Of a stretch of 64,000 nt of DNA, positions 30,363 to 43,871 are shown piece by piece. Positions within the stretch are counted from its first letter, which is position 1, and each line of letters opens with the position of its first letter. A program made the translations under genes and the position numbers. This stretch comes from a bacterium (GTDB lineage: Bacteria; Patescibacteriota; Dojkabacteria; JAKAPS01; JAJZLI01), in the NCBI GenBank assembly GCA_021846685.1, contig JAJZWL010000002.1:9321-73320 (forward strand), written 5' to 3'. The notes under the pieces are model-generated. The model had not been told where the DNA came from. It saw nothing but the letters and a program-made list of their open reading frames with translations, and searched no databases.

Positions 30363-31866
30363 ATGGATAGTGCTGATATATTAAAACAAATAAAACAAGA
30401 AATTGAGAAAGTAGATACAAGATTTTCTCAAAAAGATATAGGAGAAATTCAATCAGTATATGATGGGATTGCTATTGTAATTGGACTTATGAATGTTGCA
30501 AATGGAGAAAAAGTTCTTATAGAAACACAAAGTGGGGATAATGTAATAGCTATGGCAATGGATTTAAAAGAAGATGAGACTTCTATTATAATATTAGGAG
30601 ATTTTGATAAAGTAAAAGAAGGAGATATCGTACATACCACAGGAGAAATTTTTTCTACTAAAATAGGAAAAGCACTTCTAGGTAGAGTAGTAAATGGAAT
30701 AGGGGACCCAATTGATGAAGAAGGCCCAATTAACTCTAATGAACAATCAGAAATAGAAAAGGTAGCTCCTGGAGTAATAACCAGAAAAGGAGTAAAAACT
30801 CCTTTACAAACAGGAATTAAAGCAATAGATATACTTATACCTATAGGAAGAGGACAAAGAGAATTGATTATTGGAGATCGATCTACAGGAAAAACAACTA
30901 TTGCTATTGATACAATTATTAATCAAAAAGGAAAGAATGTTTTTTGTATATATTGTGCAATAGGACAAAAAAATTCAAAAGTATCTCAAATTGCAGCTAA
31001 ATTAAAAGAGAAAGGTGCTATGGATTATACAGTAATAGTAAATGCCTCTGCATCATCTCCTGTAACTGAACAATATTTAGCCCCATATACTGCAGCTACA
31101 ATAGGTGAATACTTCAGAGATAATGGAATGGATGCTTTAGTAATCTATGATGATTTAACAAAACATGCATGGGCATACAGACAATTATCCCTAACATTAA
31201 AAAGACCTAGTGGACGAGAGGCTTATCCAGGAGATGTATTTTATCTACATTCAAGATTATTAGAAAGAGCTGCAAAATTAAGTGATGAACTCGGAGGAGG
31301 TTCTCTATCTGCACTTCCTATAATTGAAACTCAAACAGGAGATATATCAGCATACATACCTACTAATCTAATATCTATCACAGATGGACAAATCTTTTTA
31401 GAATCTGATCTATTCTACTCAGGTATAAGACCAGCTATTAATGTTGGGGCTTCTGTATCTAGAGTAGGTAGTAATGCTCAAGAAAAATCAATGAAAAAGG
31501 TTGCAGGTTCATTAAAACTGGAAATCGCCCAATTTAGAAATCTTGCAGCTTTCTCACAATTTGGATCTGACTTAGATGAGAGTACTCAAAAAATACTATC
31601 AAAAGGAGAACGTTTAACAAGAATTCTTACTCAAAAACCATATTCACCTCTACCATTAGAACTTCAAATAATTTCTGTATTTGCTGTAACAGGGGATTAT
31701 ACACAAAATATAGAAATTGCAAAAATATCTGACTTTGAAGAAAAATTACATACATATTTTACTACAATGCATAAAGATATTTTGAAGGAAATAAGAGAGA
31801 AAAAAGATTTAACAGATGATATGCTAGAAAAACTTAAGAAAATAATTTCAGAATTTTCAAAAAATT

Positions 31867-31874
<8 letters not shown>
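30363..31874 (+). CDS. atpA: ATP synthase F1 alpha subunit
   Basis: GRGQRELIIGDR.TGKT, GREAYPGDVFYLHSRLLERA. Confidence 0.98.
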
Positions 31875-34117
<2,243 letters not shown>

Positions 34118-34120
34118 AAT

Positions 34121-34537
34121 ATGGAATTAAGAATATATTCTCCTCAAAAGGAAATATTTACAGGGAAAATAAAGGAAATATATGTACCTACACTAGAAGG
34201 TGATTATGGTATATATGAAGGACATTCTCCTATTTTTTTGGCACTATCATTAGGTGAGATTAATTTTACAGATGACAATAATAAAAAAACTGTATTAGCT
34301 ATATCCGATGGATTATTAAGAATTGACAATAATATAATTTTTATTGAGGTAATATCTGGAATATACCCACATGAAATAGATATAGATAAAATAATTAAAG
34401 AAAAAGAAGCTTTAGAATTAAAATTAAAACAGGTTAAAGAAACTAGTAAAATAAAAAGAATGCAATCTACGTTAAAAATACACTCTCTCCATATCTCAAC
34501 ATATAATAAATATATAAAAAAACAACATCATATATAA
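34121..34537 (+). CDS. atpC: ATP synthase F1 epsilon subunit
   Basis: I.SP...F.G, PT.EG..GI..GH.P; operon position. Confidence 0.9.
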   Translation: MELRIYSPQKEIFTGKIKEIYVPTLEGDYGIYEGHSPIFLALSLGEINFTDDNNKKTVLAISDGLLRIDNNIIFIEVISGIYPHEIDIDKIIKEKEALELKLKQVKETSKIKRMQSTLKIHSLHISTYNKYIKKQHHI

Positions 34538-34583
34538 ATATATTTAAATTTGAGTCTAATTTCATAGTGTATAACGTTCTAAT

Positions 34584-34613
34584 TTGCAATATATATTATT
34601 ATTAGTATATAAT
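34584..34613 (+). promoter_or_regulatory. Promoter of the rplU operon
   Basis: TTGCAA, 18-bp spacer, TATAAT. Confidence 0.55.
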
Positions 34614-34638
34614 AACTACTTGTGAAATATTAAATATT

Positions 34639-34953
34639 ATGGAAGATCTAGCAGTTATACAAACAGGAGGAAAGCAGTACGTCGTAAGCCCAGATGATGT
34701 TATTGATATAGAAATAATTCAAGGACTAAAACAGTCTGATAAAATTGAATTTGACGAAGTATTACTTATAAAAAAAGGTGATAAAGTTGAGATAGGTAAG
34801 CCATTTTTAAAAAATAAAAAAGTTTCAGGAACTATAATTGATCAAATTAAAGGAGATAAGATAAATATCTTAAAATTTAAAGCTAAATCAAGATATAGAA
34901 GAAGACTTGGACATAGACAAAATTATCTAAAAGTTAAAATAGAAAAACTTTAA
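34639..34953 (+). CDS. rplU: 50S ribosomal protein L21
   Basis: AVIQTGGKQY.V, K.KSRYRR..GHRQ. Confidence 0.97.
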   Translation: MEDLAVIQTGGKQYVVSPDDVIDIEIIQGLKQSDKIEFDEVLLIKKGDKVEIGKPFLKNKKVSGTIIDQIKGDKINILKFKAKSRYRRRLGHRQNYLKVKIEKL

Positions 34954-35948
34954 TGCGATTAATTTTTAAACTAGGAAAAAACCCCTTACTTTCAATAGCC
35001 GAAATTTACTCTTTAATGCAGAGTAAAGATATCAAATTTGAAGTAATAAAAGCTAATAATTCAATATTTTTCATTAATCTACAATCTCCAATATATGCAG
35101 ATATATTAATAAAAATTTTAGGAGGTGTTCTGGAAATTTTCAGAGTAGAAGATATTATAGACTTTAAAGAAGCTAAAAAAGTAAAACCGAAATATAAAGT
35201 TAATATTGATAATGAGACTTTTGCATATGGAGATATAATAGCGAAACAAGATATAAAAGATTTTGAAAAAAAAGAGATTCAAAAACCTTATGTAGAAGGC
35301 AAAAATGGAATGGTTCCATCTAAACTGGCTAAAATCATGGTGAACCTTGCAGTTGGCACAAATACAACAACAATATATGACCCCTATTGTGGTACAGGAT
35401 CTATTCTAATAGAAGCATTATTGCAGGGATATAATGTTATTGGAACTGATATTAATCCAGAAGTAATAGAAGGTTGTAAAAAAAATTTAAATTGGGTTTC
35501 TAAAGAATATGGAGTAGAGAATAAAAGTGAATTATTTGTAAATAATGCAGCATCCCTAGCAGAACAATTAGTTAGAGAAAAAGAAACTATTGCTATATCG
35601 ACAGAACCTTATTTAGGAAGTGCTTGGTCAAAACCTGTACAAAAAAATGTAAGAAATACTAAAACAATAGCACATGTAGACAAGTTAATTATAAGCAGTA
35701 TAAGAAGTTTATCAAAAATTTTGAAAAATAAAGAAAGATTAGTTATAATGATACCTAGTTTTAAGACAAAACATGATATAATATATCTTAAAGCTAGAGA
35801 TATGGAATTTGGAAGTCTAAAAAAGATATCCATAATTCCAGAAGATCTTATATTCAATGACAAAAAAGTAGGCGATATCAAGAGCTTTCTTTATTATAGA
35901 GAAAAAGCTATAGTAAGAAGGGAAATTTTTATTTTTGAAAAAATTTAA
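34953..35948 (+). CDS. Trm11/Trm-G10-like SAM-dependent RNA methyltransferase
   Basis: GM.P.KLAKIMVNLA, YDPYCGTGSILIEA, GTDI, TEPYLG. Confidence 0.75.
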   Translation: MRLIFKLGKNPLLSIAEIYSLMQSKDIKFEVIKANNSIFFINLQSPIYADILIKILGGVLEIFRVEDIIDFKEAKKVKPKYKVNIDNETFAYGDIIAKQDIKDFEKKEIQKPYVEGKNGMVPSKLAKIMVNLAVGTNTTTIYDPYCGTGSILIEALLQGYNVIGTDINPEVIEGCKKNLNWVSKEYGVENKSELFVNNAASLAEQLVREKETIAISTEPYLGSAWSKPVQKNVRNTKTIAHVDKLIISSIRSLSKILKNKERLVIMIPSFKTKHDIIYLKARDMEFGSLKKISIIPEDLIFNDKKVGDIKSFLYYREKAIVRREIFIFEKI

Positions 35949-35953
35949 ATATT

Positions 35954-36238
35954 ATGGCACACGTCAAATCAGGAGGAGGAAAAGCTAATCAAGGAGGAAA
36001 TGTTGCAGGGAAAAGAAGAGGTGTAAAAAGATTTGCAAACGAACAAGTTAAATCAGGAGAAATTATAGTAAGACAAAAAGGAACCCAATTTTATCCAGGA
36101 TTAAATACTGATATGGGAAGAGATTTTACTATATTTTCTAAAATAGAAGGTTTTGTTAAATTCAGAAGAATGACAAAACAAAAAAGAGATAAATTTGCTA
36201 TAGATATAATACCTAATGAACACAATAATACTAAATAA
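35954..36238 (+). CDS. rpmA: 50S ribosomal protein L27
   Basis: [28 protein letters not shown]. Confidence 0.97.
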   Translation: MAHVKSGGGKANQGGNVAGKRRGVKRFANEQVKSGEIIVRQKGTQFYPGLNTDMGRDFTIFSKIEGFVKFRRMTKQKRDKFAIDIIPNEHNNTK

Positions 36239-36599
36239 AATAGAAGACAAATATATAATCGATGAAAGAAAAGAAGTACAAGTAGGGGATACTATTAAAG
36301 TACATTCTAAAATTATAGAAGGAGAAAAAGAAAGAATTCAAATATTTCAAGGAATAGTGTTAGCTAGAAAACATAGTGGCACACATGAGAATATTGTAGT
36401 TCGAAAGATATCTAAAGATATAGGGGTAGAAAGAATATTCCCTTTACATTCACCTAATATAGCTAAAATTGAAATTGTTAAAAAAGGTCAAGTAAGAAGA
36501 GCTAAATTAAATTATATGAGAAAAAGAATAGGTAAAAAAGCATTACTTATTAAAGAAAAGAATGTTACTGTCGCCCCAAGAAAAAAATCTACTAAATAA
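36216..36599 (+). CDS. rplS: 50S ribosomal protein L19
   Basis: [34 protein letters not shown]. Confidence 0.97.
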   Translation: MNTIILNKIEDKYIIDERKEVQVGDTIKVHSKIIEGEKERIQIFQGIVLARKHSGTHENIVVRKISKDIGVERIFPLHSPNIAKIEIVKKGQVRRAKLNYMRKRIGKKALLIKEKNVTVAPRKKSTK

Positions 36600-37158
36600 A
36601 AATTTCTCTGTCTCTGGAATAGATGAAGTAGGAAGAGGTCCTCTTGCAGGACCTCTCTTCGTAGGTATATTCAAAATTGATAAAAATACCCCAATTATAA
36701 GTGAAGTTAATGACTCTAAAAAAGTATCTGAAAAAAAAAGAAACTATTTATATAAAATATTAACTGAAAATAAAAATAATTATGCGACTGAAAGTATAAG
36801 TGCTTTAGAAATAGATCAAATAGGTATAGTACCTGCTATAAAACTTGCAATGGAGAGAGCCTCAAGTAAAATTGACTCAAATATCACATATATAGATGGA
36901 TTATTTAAAGATGAATTTAATATCCCTAATTATCACACAGTAATTAAAGGCGATTCACTAATTTATTCTATTGCAGCTGCATCTATAATAGCAAAAGTAC
37001 AAAGAGATGAATTAATGAGTAAAATGGCACTAATATATCCGGAATATGGATTTGAAAAAAATAAAGGTTATGGAACAAAATTTCATATTGATGCATTAAA
37101 AAAATATGGCCCATGCAAAATCCATAGACAATCTTTTATAAAAAATTTACTTAGATAA
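36562..37158 (+). CDS. rnhB: Ribonuclease HII
   Basis: [38 protein letters not shown]. Confidence 0.96.
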   Translation: MLLSPQEKNLLNKNFSVSGIDEVGRGPLAGPLFVGIFKIDKNTPIISEVNDSKKVSEKKRNYLYKILTENKNNYATESISALEIDQIGIVPAIKLAMERASSKIDSNITYIDGLFKDEFNIPNYHTVIKGDSLIYSIAAASIIAKVQRDELMSKMALIYPEYGFEKNKGYGTKFHIDALKKYGPCKIHRQSFIKNLLR

Positions 37159-37167
37159 TCTATTTTG

Positions 37168-40100
37168 TTAAAAAATACTTATACCGCCTTCTCCTATTAT
37201 AGAAGACATATTACTGAAAAAATCATTACTGAACTGAATTTTATTTTTTAAATTCATAATTTTTTCCTCTTCATCTTTAAATACTCTTAAAGATACAATA
37301 GTATCTCCTCCTAAATATTTATTAATAATATTATTAATCTCTAATAATTTATCCTTAGTAATATCTTTTGATAAATTTAACTCTACTTTACTGATTTTTC
37401 TTTTATTATATGCTCTTACATCCTTTATCGTTAAATTTTCAATATCATTGACAATTAATTTATAATATATACTATCATCATCCTCATTAGATTGAACTGT
37501 ATCTAAAATACCATCCACGATGACTATACTTCCATTTTCATGTATTTTGGGCCTTATTTGCTCATATACATCTGGAAAAACTATAATATCACAAGTAGAT
37601 GTTATGTCCTCTAATCTTGCAAATAACATTCTTTTCCCAGTTTTTTTCGTAGTATAGTGATTAATATTCTGTAATATTCCTCCTACCTTTATTTTATTTC
37701 CTTTTTTATATAAATAAAAATCAGAAATACTTATTATCTTTCTTTTCTGAAAATATGATAAAAATCTCTTTAGTGGGTGAGTTGTAATATATATCCCTAA
37801 TAATTCTTTTTCCCAAAGAGCTTTCTGAATATCAGAGACTTCTTTAACATCTCTTAATTGAGTATGAGAAATATCTTCAACAGAATCAAACAAACCTATT
37901 TGATCAATACTGTCCATTCTTTTAACATAATCAGCTAATATATTTTGATAAGAATCTAAGAGTGCTGCTCGAGAACCAAAACAATCTAAAGCTCCAGATT
38001 TTATAAGTATTTCAAATGTTTTTTTATTAAAATGTTTAAGATCTATATTTGATAATAAGTCATCTATAGATTCATATTTCCTACCTAAAATATTTCTCTG
38101 TTCTATAATAGATCTTGTACTTAAAGAAGATAATCCTTTAATACTATTTAAACCAAATCTTATATTCCCATCTTCAATTTTAAAATCTAAATCTGAATTA
38201 TTAATATCAACTGAAAGTATCTTTATCTTATGTCTTTCTGCCTCTGATGCAATCTCTGAAATCTTTTCTAAATCTCCTAAATGAGACTGGAGTAAGGCAG
38301 CTAGAAACTCTACGGGATAATTTACTTTCAAATATGCAGTTCTATAAGAAATAATAGAATATGAAGCTGCATGAGCCTCATTAAATGCGTAATTACCAAA
38401 AGGAATAAATAATTCAAATAGCTCTTTTGCTACTTTCTCTTTCATTCCATGCTCCACAAATCTACTGATAAGTTCATCTTTTAACTCTATTAAAATATCG
38501 GGTTTTTTCTTTCCAGTCGCCTTTCTCAATTTATCAACCTCTCCCCAGTCAAAACCTGCCAAATTAATAGCAGTTCTTAGTAAATCTTCTTGATATACCA
38601 TAACTCCATAACTTCTACTCATATATGATTCCATCCTGGGATCCAAATATTTAATTTTCTCTTTTCCATCTTTTCTTGCTGCATATGTAGGAATATTGGC
38701 CATAGGACCAGGCCTATTCAATGCAATTAAAGCTGCTATATCAAAAACAGTTTCAGGTCTTAACACTTTAATAGCATCTTTCATAATTCTACTTTCTAAT
38801 TGAAATACTCCTAATGTCTCTCCAGAATGTAACAATTTATAAGTTTTTTTATCATCATATGGAATTTTTTCAAAATTAATTTCTTCATTGTTATTTTGTT
38901 TAATCAATCTTTGAGTCTCTGAAATAATATCTAAGTTATTTAATCCTAAGAAATCCATTTTCATATAACCTAATTCCTCTAAAGTCACCATATTATATTG
39001 AGAAACTAGTCTATTAGTTTTTTTATCAAATAAAACCGGAACCTGAGTTAATAATGAATCAGGAGTTATTAACACCCCACAAGCATGTATTGATGCATGT
39101 CGAGCTATATTTTCCATCCTACTTGCAATATCCAACATTTTCTCTATTAAAGGGTCATCCTTTATATATTCTTTTAATTCAGGAATCTTTGCTATTGCTT
39201 CTTTTATAGAAAACCTACCTTGAGGAATTAATTTTGCAATCTTATCAACTGTAGGAAGAGGAACCTGTAATACTCTACCAACATCTCTAATTGCAGCTCT
39301 AGCTTTCATTCTCCCAAAAGTTACTATTTGAGAAACTTTATCTTCTCCATATTTTTTAATTGCATAGTCTAAAATATCCTCTCTTCTTGCACTAGCAATA
39401 TCTAAATCTATATCAGGAGCCTTTGGTCTTAATGGATTTAAAAATCTTTCAAAAGATAAACCAAAGATTAAAGGATTAATAGGAACTATTCCTATTAAAT
39501 ATGCTACAAAACTCCCTGCGGCAGAACCTCTTGTAGTTGTCGGAATATTATTATCATGTAAAAAATCTGTAAAATCTGAAACTAAAAGCATATAACTAGA
39601 AAACCCTTTAGAGGAAATTATATCTAATTCATATTTAATTCTTTCTACTTCTTCTTTATTAAAATCTCTCCCTAATCTTTCTTTACCTCTTTTGTATGTA
39701 ATATCTTTAAGATATAAATTATAATTCCCATTAAAATCTAAAGGTATATCCACATGGGGGAATATAAATGAGTCAAATTCAATATTAAGATTACACATAT
39801 CAGAAATTTTTTGGGTATTCTTAATTACCTCTGGATGATCTTTCCAAAGATCAATCATTTCTTTCTCACTTTTAATATAAAATTCCTCTGAATCGAATTT
39901 CATACGATTTGGATCATCCAAGCTTTTTCCAGTATCAATACATAACAATACTTCATGAGCTAATGCATCCTCCTTATTTATATAATGAGAATCTACTGTA
40001 GCCACGGTATCTAATCCATAATTTGAAGCTATTTCAAAAAGACTATCTTCTATATCCTTTTCTTCATTAACTCCATTTCTTTGCATTTCTATGAAAAAAT

Positions 40101-40599
40101 TCTCTTTTCCAAATATATCTATAAATTTCTCAGTATAACTGTTAGCCAACTCTTTATCACCATTCACTAATGCAGAAGATATATCTGAAGATAAACACCC
40201 AGACAAGGCTATTAATCCTTCTGAATTTTCTTTTAAAAATTCTAAATCTGTTCTAGGCTTATAATAGAAACCATTTATAGATGCATCTGATACAATCTTG
40301 ATCAAATTCTTGTATCCTATATCATTTTTACAGAGTAAAACTAAATGAGAATAATTAGAAGAAGTTTTTTCTAGTCTAGATTTAGGTGCTATATATATTT
40401 CACAGCCTATAATAGCCTTTATGCCGTGTTTTTTACATTCTTCATAAAATTCATGAGCTCCATATAAAACTCCATGATCAGTGATAGCACAAGAATCCAT
40501 ACCTAGCTCTGAAATCTTCTTTACAAGGGGTTTTATACCACTCATCCCATCTAATAGGGAATACTCAGTATGCAAATGTAAATGAGTAAATTTAGCCAT
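37168..40599 (-). CDS. dnaE: DNA polymerase III alpha subunit
   Basis: HLHLHTEYSLLDG, ITDHG, RGSAAGS, FERFLNP, PDID.D, KMDFLGL, RPGPM, Y.FN..H. Confidence 0.97.
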   Translation of the reverse strand: MAKFTHLHLHTEYSLLDGMSGIKPLVKKISELGMDSCAITDHGVLYGAHEFYEECKKHGIKAIIGCEIYIAPKSRLEKTSSNYSHLVLLCKNDIGYKNLIKIVSDASINGFYYKPRTDLEFLKENSEGLIALSGCLSSDISSALVNGDKELANSYTEKFIDIFGKENFFIEMQRNGVNEEKDIEDSLFEIASNYGLDTVATVDSHYINKEDALAHEVLLCIDTGKSLDDPNRMKFDSEEFYIKSEKEMIDLWKDHPEVIKNTQKISDMCNLNIEFDSFIFPHVDIPLDFNGNYNLYLKDITYKRGKERLGRDFNKEEVERIKYELDIISSKGFSSYMLLVSDFTDFLHDNNIPTTTRGSAAGSFVAYLIGIVPINPLIFGLSFERFLNPLRPKAPDIDLDIASARREDILDYAIKKYGEDKVSQIVTFGRMKARAAIRDVGRVLQVPLPTVDKIAKLIPQGRFSIKEAIAKIPELKEYIKDDPLIEKMLDIASRMENIARHASIHACGVLITPDSLLTQVPVLFDKKTNRLVSQYNMVTLEELGYMKMDFLGLNNLDIISETQRLIKQNNNEEINFEKIPYDDKKTYKLLHSGETLGVFQLESRIMKDAIKVLRPETVFDIAALIALNRPGPMANIPTYAARKDGKEKIKYLDPRMESYMSRSYGVMVYQEDLLRTAINLAGFDWGEVDKLRKATGKKKPDILIELKDELISRFVEHGMKEKVAKELFELFIPFGNYAFNEAHAASYSIISYRTAYLKVNYPVEFLAALLQSHLGDLEKISEIASEAERHKIKILSVDINNSDLDFKIEDGNIRFGLNSIKGLSSLSTRSIIEQRNILGRKYESIDDLLSNIDLKHFNKKTFEILIKSGALDCFGSRAALLDSYQNILADYVKRMDSIDQIGLFDSVEDISHTQLRDVKEVSDIQKALWEKELLGIYITTHPLKRFLSYFQKRKIISISDFYLYKKGNKIKVGGILQNINHYTTKKTGKRMLFARLEDITSTCDIIVFPDVYEQIRPKIHENGSIVIVDGILDTVQSNEDDDSIYYKLIVNDIENLTIKDVRAYNKRKISKVELNLSKDITKDKLLEINNIINKYLGGDTIVSLRVFKDEEEKIMNLKNKIQFSNDFFSNMSSIIGEGGISIF

Positions 40600-40685
40600 T
40601 TTTTATAAGAAATATATCTAAAGAGAGTATGTGTTGGGCGTCATACATTATCATAAATTCAATATATCAAATAAAAAAAATATTA

Positions 40686-42122
40686 TCAATTTCTATAATT
40701 TTTATCTAATTCTATAAGTATTTTTTCTTTTACTTCTATCGGATCAATACGCCCTTTCATCTCTTTTACAACCTGTCCTATCAAAAATCCCATAATACCT
40801 TCCTTCCCATCTAAATATTTTTGAACTAAATCTTTATTAGATTCAAGTATATTTTTAATAATACTTTCAATTTTATTAAGATCAGTATCTATTAATTTAT
40901 TGTCTATTTCCTTCTCTATATTGATATCTTCTAACATCATTTTCTTTAAAATCTCTTTTCCTGAAGAAACTGATATCTTTTTTTCATCAATACTATTTAA
41001 TAATTTAATAAAATCATGAATATCACAAGAGCTTATTTCCAATGAATATTCTTTAATAATTGCTATAATCTCAGTTACTATCCAATTAGATAAGTTAACA
41101 TATTCTTTATAAGATTTTGAAACTTTAATGAAAAAGTCATAATAATCTCGCTCTTCAACAATTAAATCTGCTATATCACTAGATATTCTATATTCCTGAA
41201 TCAGAGAGACTAATGCATCTTCTTGTAATATGTCAATCTCCGACAGTGCATCTTGTATAAATTTTTCAGTTAAAATGAAGGGCGGAAGATCAGGTTCTGG
41301 GAAATACCTATAATCATCACTTTCTTCCTTATCTCTTTGAAAAAATGTTTTCGATAAATTATCATTCCAACCCCTAGTTGTTTTGTTTCCTTTCTCTAAA
41401 ACTATACCTTTTTTTTCAAATTCCTCTAATTGCCTTTGACTTTCATAATCAATAGCTCTCTCCATTGATCTGAATGAATTAAGATTCTTAATTTCCGAAA
41501 TAGGAGTTTTGAATATTTTACCTTCCTTTTTAATTTCTAAATTTATATTTACATCAAATCGCATTTGACCTTTTTCCATATCACAATCTGAAACACCTAT
41601 AAACCTTACCACATTATATATTTTTTTTGCATATTCTTTTGCCTCCTCTTTAGAAAACATTTCAGGGGATGAAACTATCTCCAATAAAGGAACTCCAGCT
41701 TTATTCCCGTCCAAAAGTGTATATCCTTTATGATGTAATGATTTTGCAGTATCTTCTTCTAAATGTGCCCTATATATATTTATTTTTTTCCCACTTTTTA
41801 AAACAATATATCCATCTGTATCTATAGGAAACTCAAATTGAGTAATTTGATATCCTTTAAATAGATCTGGGTACATATAATTTTTCCTATCAAATCTGGA
41901 TTTAGAATTAATATTAAAATTTAAAGCCTTACCCACTTTAATAGCCTGAATAACTGCTTTTTTATTAACTACAGGCAATGCACCTGGCAAACCTAGACAA
42001 ACAGGACATAAATGAGTATTTGGACTATCATTAAAATATTTTGCAGAGCAAGAACAAAACATTTTTGTATTGGTCTTAAGCTGAACATGTATTTCTAATC
42101 CTATTATAACTTTTATTTCCAT
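40686..42122 (-). CDS. gatB: Asp/Glu-tRNA amidotransferase subunit B
   Basis: IGLEIHVQL.T.TKMF, DRKNY.YPDL.KGYQITQ, EIKNLNS, DYRYFPEPDLP. Confidence 0.97.
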   Translation of the reverse strand: MEIKVIIGLEIHVQLKTNTKMFCSCSAKYFNDSPNTHLCPVCLGLPGALPVVNKKAVIQAIKVGKALNFNINSKSRFDRKNYMYPDLFKGYQITQFEFPIDTDGYIVLKSGKKINIYRAHLEEDTAKSLHHKGYTLLDGNKAGVPLLEIVSSPEMFSKEEAKEYAKKIYNVVRFIGVSDCDMEKGQMRFDVNINLEIKKEGKIFKTPISEIKNLNSFRSMERAIDYESQRQLEEFEKKGIVLEKGNKTTRGWNDNLSKTFFQRDKEESDDYRYFPEPDLPPFILTEKFIQDALSEIDILQEDALVSLIQEYRISSDIADLIVEERDYYDFFIKVSKSYKEYVNLSNWIVTEIIAIIKEYSLEISSCDIHDFIKLLNSIDEKKISVSSGKEILKKMMLEDINIEKEIDNKLIDTDLNKIESIIKNILESNKDLVQKYLDGKEGIMGFLIGQVVKEMKGRIDPIEVKEKILIELDKNYRN

Positions 42123-43498
42123 AATTGATTTTCAATTAAATAAGATAAAGAAAGAAGTCTATCCTCCTCAAATGGTCTCCCCATAATTTGTAATCCAGAA
42201 TAAAGATTATCGATTTTTTTATTTGGAATTGAGATTGCTGGATAACCTACTAAATTTGCGGGTACCGTAAACAGATCTGATAAATACATTGACAATGGAT
42301 CTTTTGTTTTTTCTCCTATATTAAAAGGTAGAGTAGGGGTCGTTGGAGATATTAAAAAATCTATATCTTTAAAAACCTCTTTAAATTCATTTTTAATTAA
42401 ATTTCGAATTTGTGTTGCCTTATTATAATATGCATCATAGTATCCTTGAGATAGAGTATATGTACCAATCATTACCCTTCTTTTAACCTCATCTTCAAAC
42501 TTTGACCTAGCATCCTTATAAAAATCACTTATAGATTCGAAATTTTTATCAGGATGAAATCCAAATCTTATCCCATCATAACGAGACATATTTGCACTTA
42601 TCTCTGCAGGCACAAGTATATAATATATAGCTAAAGAATAACTAATATACTTAAAATCTATCTCTACTAAATCGATATTCAATTTTGAAAATAATTTTAC
42701 ACTATCATCAAATGCTTTTGCTATTTCTGTTGATACACCATCTTTAGGCATTTTAAGTATTCCTACTTTTAATTTACTATCATCTTTTAATTTTGTATAA
42801 TCTTTTTTCTCTATATTTATAGAAGTAGAATCTTTCTTGTCAAAACCAGCTATAGAATTTAATACTAATGCAGTATCAGATACATTTGTAGCAATTATTC
42901 CAGGAACATCAAAAGAAGAACCCATAGCTATAAGTCCAAATCTAGAACATAAACCATAAGTCGGCTTTAATCCTACAAGTCCACAAAATGAAGCAGGTTG
43001 CCTCACAGAACCTCCAGTGTCTGTTCCTATACCAAACAGTGAAACTCCCGAGACTACAGCTGCTGCCACCCCCCCTGAAGAGCCTCCTGGAACCTTACTT
43101 GTATCTAACGGGTTTTTAGTTACTCCAAATCCTGAATTTTCAGTTGAAGACCCAAATGCAAAAGCATCTAAATTACCCTTTCCAATTAAAGAAAAATTAC
43201 CTAATTTCTCAACAACAGTAGCTGTATATGGAGATTTATAATTCTCTAATATTCTAGAACCTGCAGTAGTAATTGTACCTTTAATATTTATATTATCTTT
43301 TATAACTCCAGGAATAAAAGATAATTCTGATTCTATTTTTGAATTTTGTAATCTTTTCCTAGTATAATCTTCAGTTATACTAATAAAACAATTAGTATCT
43401 TTATTTACAACATATGCCTTTTTAAAATATATATCGAGAATCTCTGAAGGGGAAATTTTTTTATCTTTTATATTTTTTTTTAATTCTGCTATATTCAT
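42113..43498 (-). CDS. gatA: Asp/Glu-tRNA amidotransferase subunit A
   Basis: KDN, PGGSSGG, GTDTGGSVRQPA, RYDGIRFG, EVKRR. Confidence 0.97.
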   Translation of the reverse strand: MNIAELKKNIKDKKISPSEILDIYFKKAYVVNKDTNCFISITEDYTRKRLQNSKIESELSFIPGVIKDNINIKGTITTAGSRILENYKSPYTATVVEKLGNFSLIGKGNLDAFAFGSSTENSGFGVTKNPLDTSKVPGGSSGGVAAAVVSGVSLFGIGTDTGGSVRQPASFCGLVGLKPTYGLCSRFGLIAMGSSFDVPGIIATNVSDTALVLNSIAGFDKKDSTSINIEKKDYTKLKDDSKLKVGILKMPKDGVSTEIAKAFDDSVKLFSKLNIDLVEIDFKYISYSLAIYYILVPAEISANMSRYDGIRFGFHPDKNFESISDFYKDARSKFEDEVKRRVMIGTYTLSQGYYDAYYNKATQIRNLIKNEFKEVFKDIDFLISPTTPTLPFNIGEKTKDPLSMYLSDLFTVPANLVGYPAISIPNKKIDNLYSGLQIMGRPFEEDRLLSLSYLIENQLWK

Positions 43499-43785
43499 AA
43501 AACTTTTTTTACTTTGATATAACTCTCATCTGTATCTATAAAATTAGATGGATCTAGCTCGAAATCAGTAGCTTTATTTTCACTATCTTCTCTTAAAATA
43601 TTAGAAGAATCGTTCACTTGGAAAAAATTATCTATACCTGCAATATCTACTTCATTAATAATAGAGATATAATTAATAATCTCAGAGATACTATCTCTAA
43701 AATTATCTATTTCCTTATCAGTTAAATCTAATCGTGACAGATTTGCTATTTTTAAAATTTCTTCTTTACTCAACTTTATTGACAT
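43495..43785 (-). CDS. gatC: Asp/Glu-tRNA amidotransferase subunit C
   Basis: EEI.KIANLSRL, LRED, VKKVL; start at 43785 after an extended -10. Confidence 0.9.
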   Translation of the reverse strand: MSIKLSKEEILKIANLSRLDLTDKEIDNFRDSISEIINYISIINEVDIAGIDNFFQVNDSSNILREDSENKATDFELDPSNFIDTDESYIKVKKVL

Positions 43786-43871
43786 CGATATATTATAACA
43801 GCTAATATCCAAATTTTAAAATACATAATTAATTTATTATATATACAAAAAAATTATGATATAATAATTAA

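Noticed and set aside
37168..40599. Inteins or introns in dnaE (also checked nrdJ)
   Set aside because: Protein lengths are normal and no splice-junction or LAGLIDADG motifs are visible
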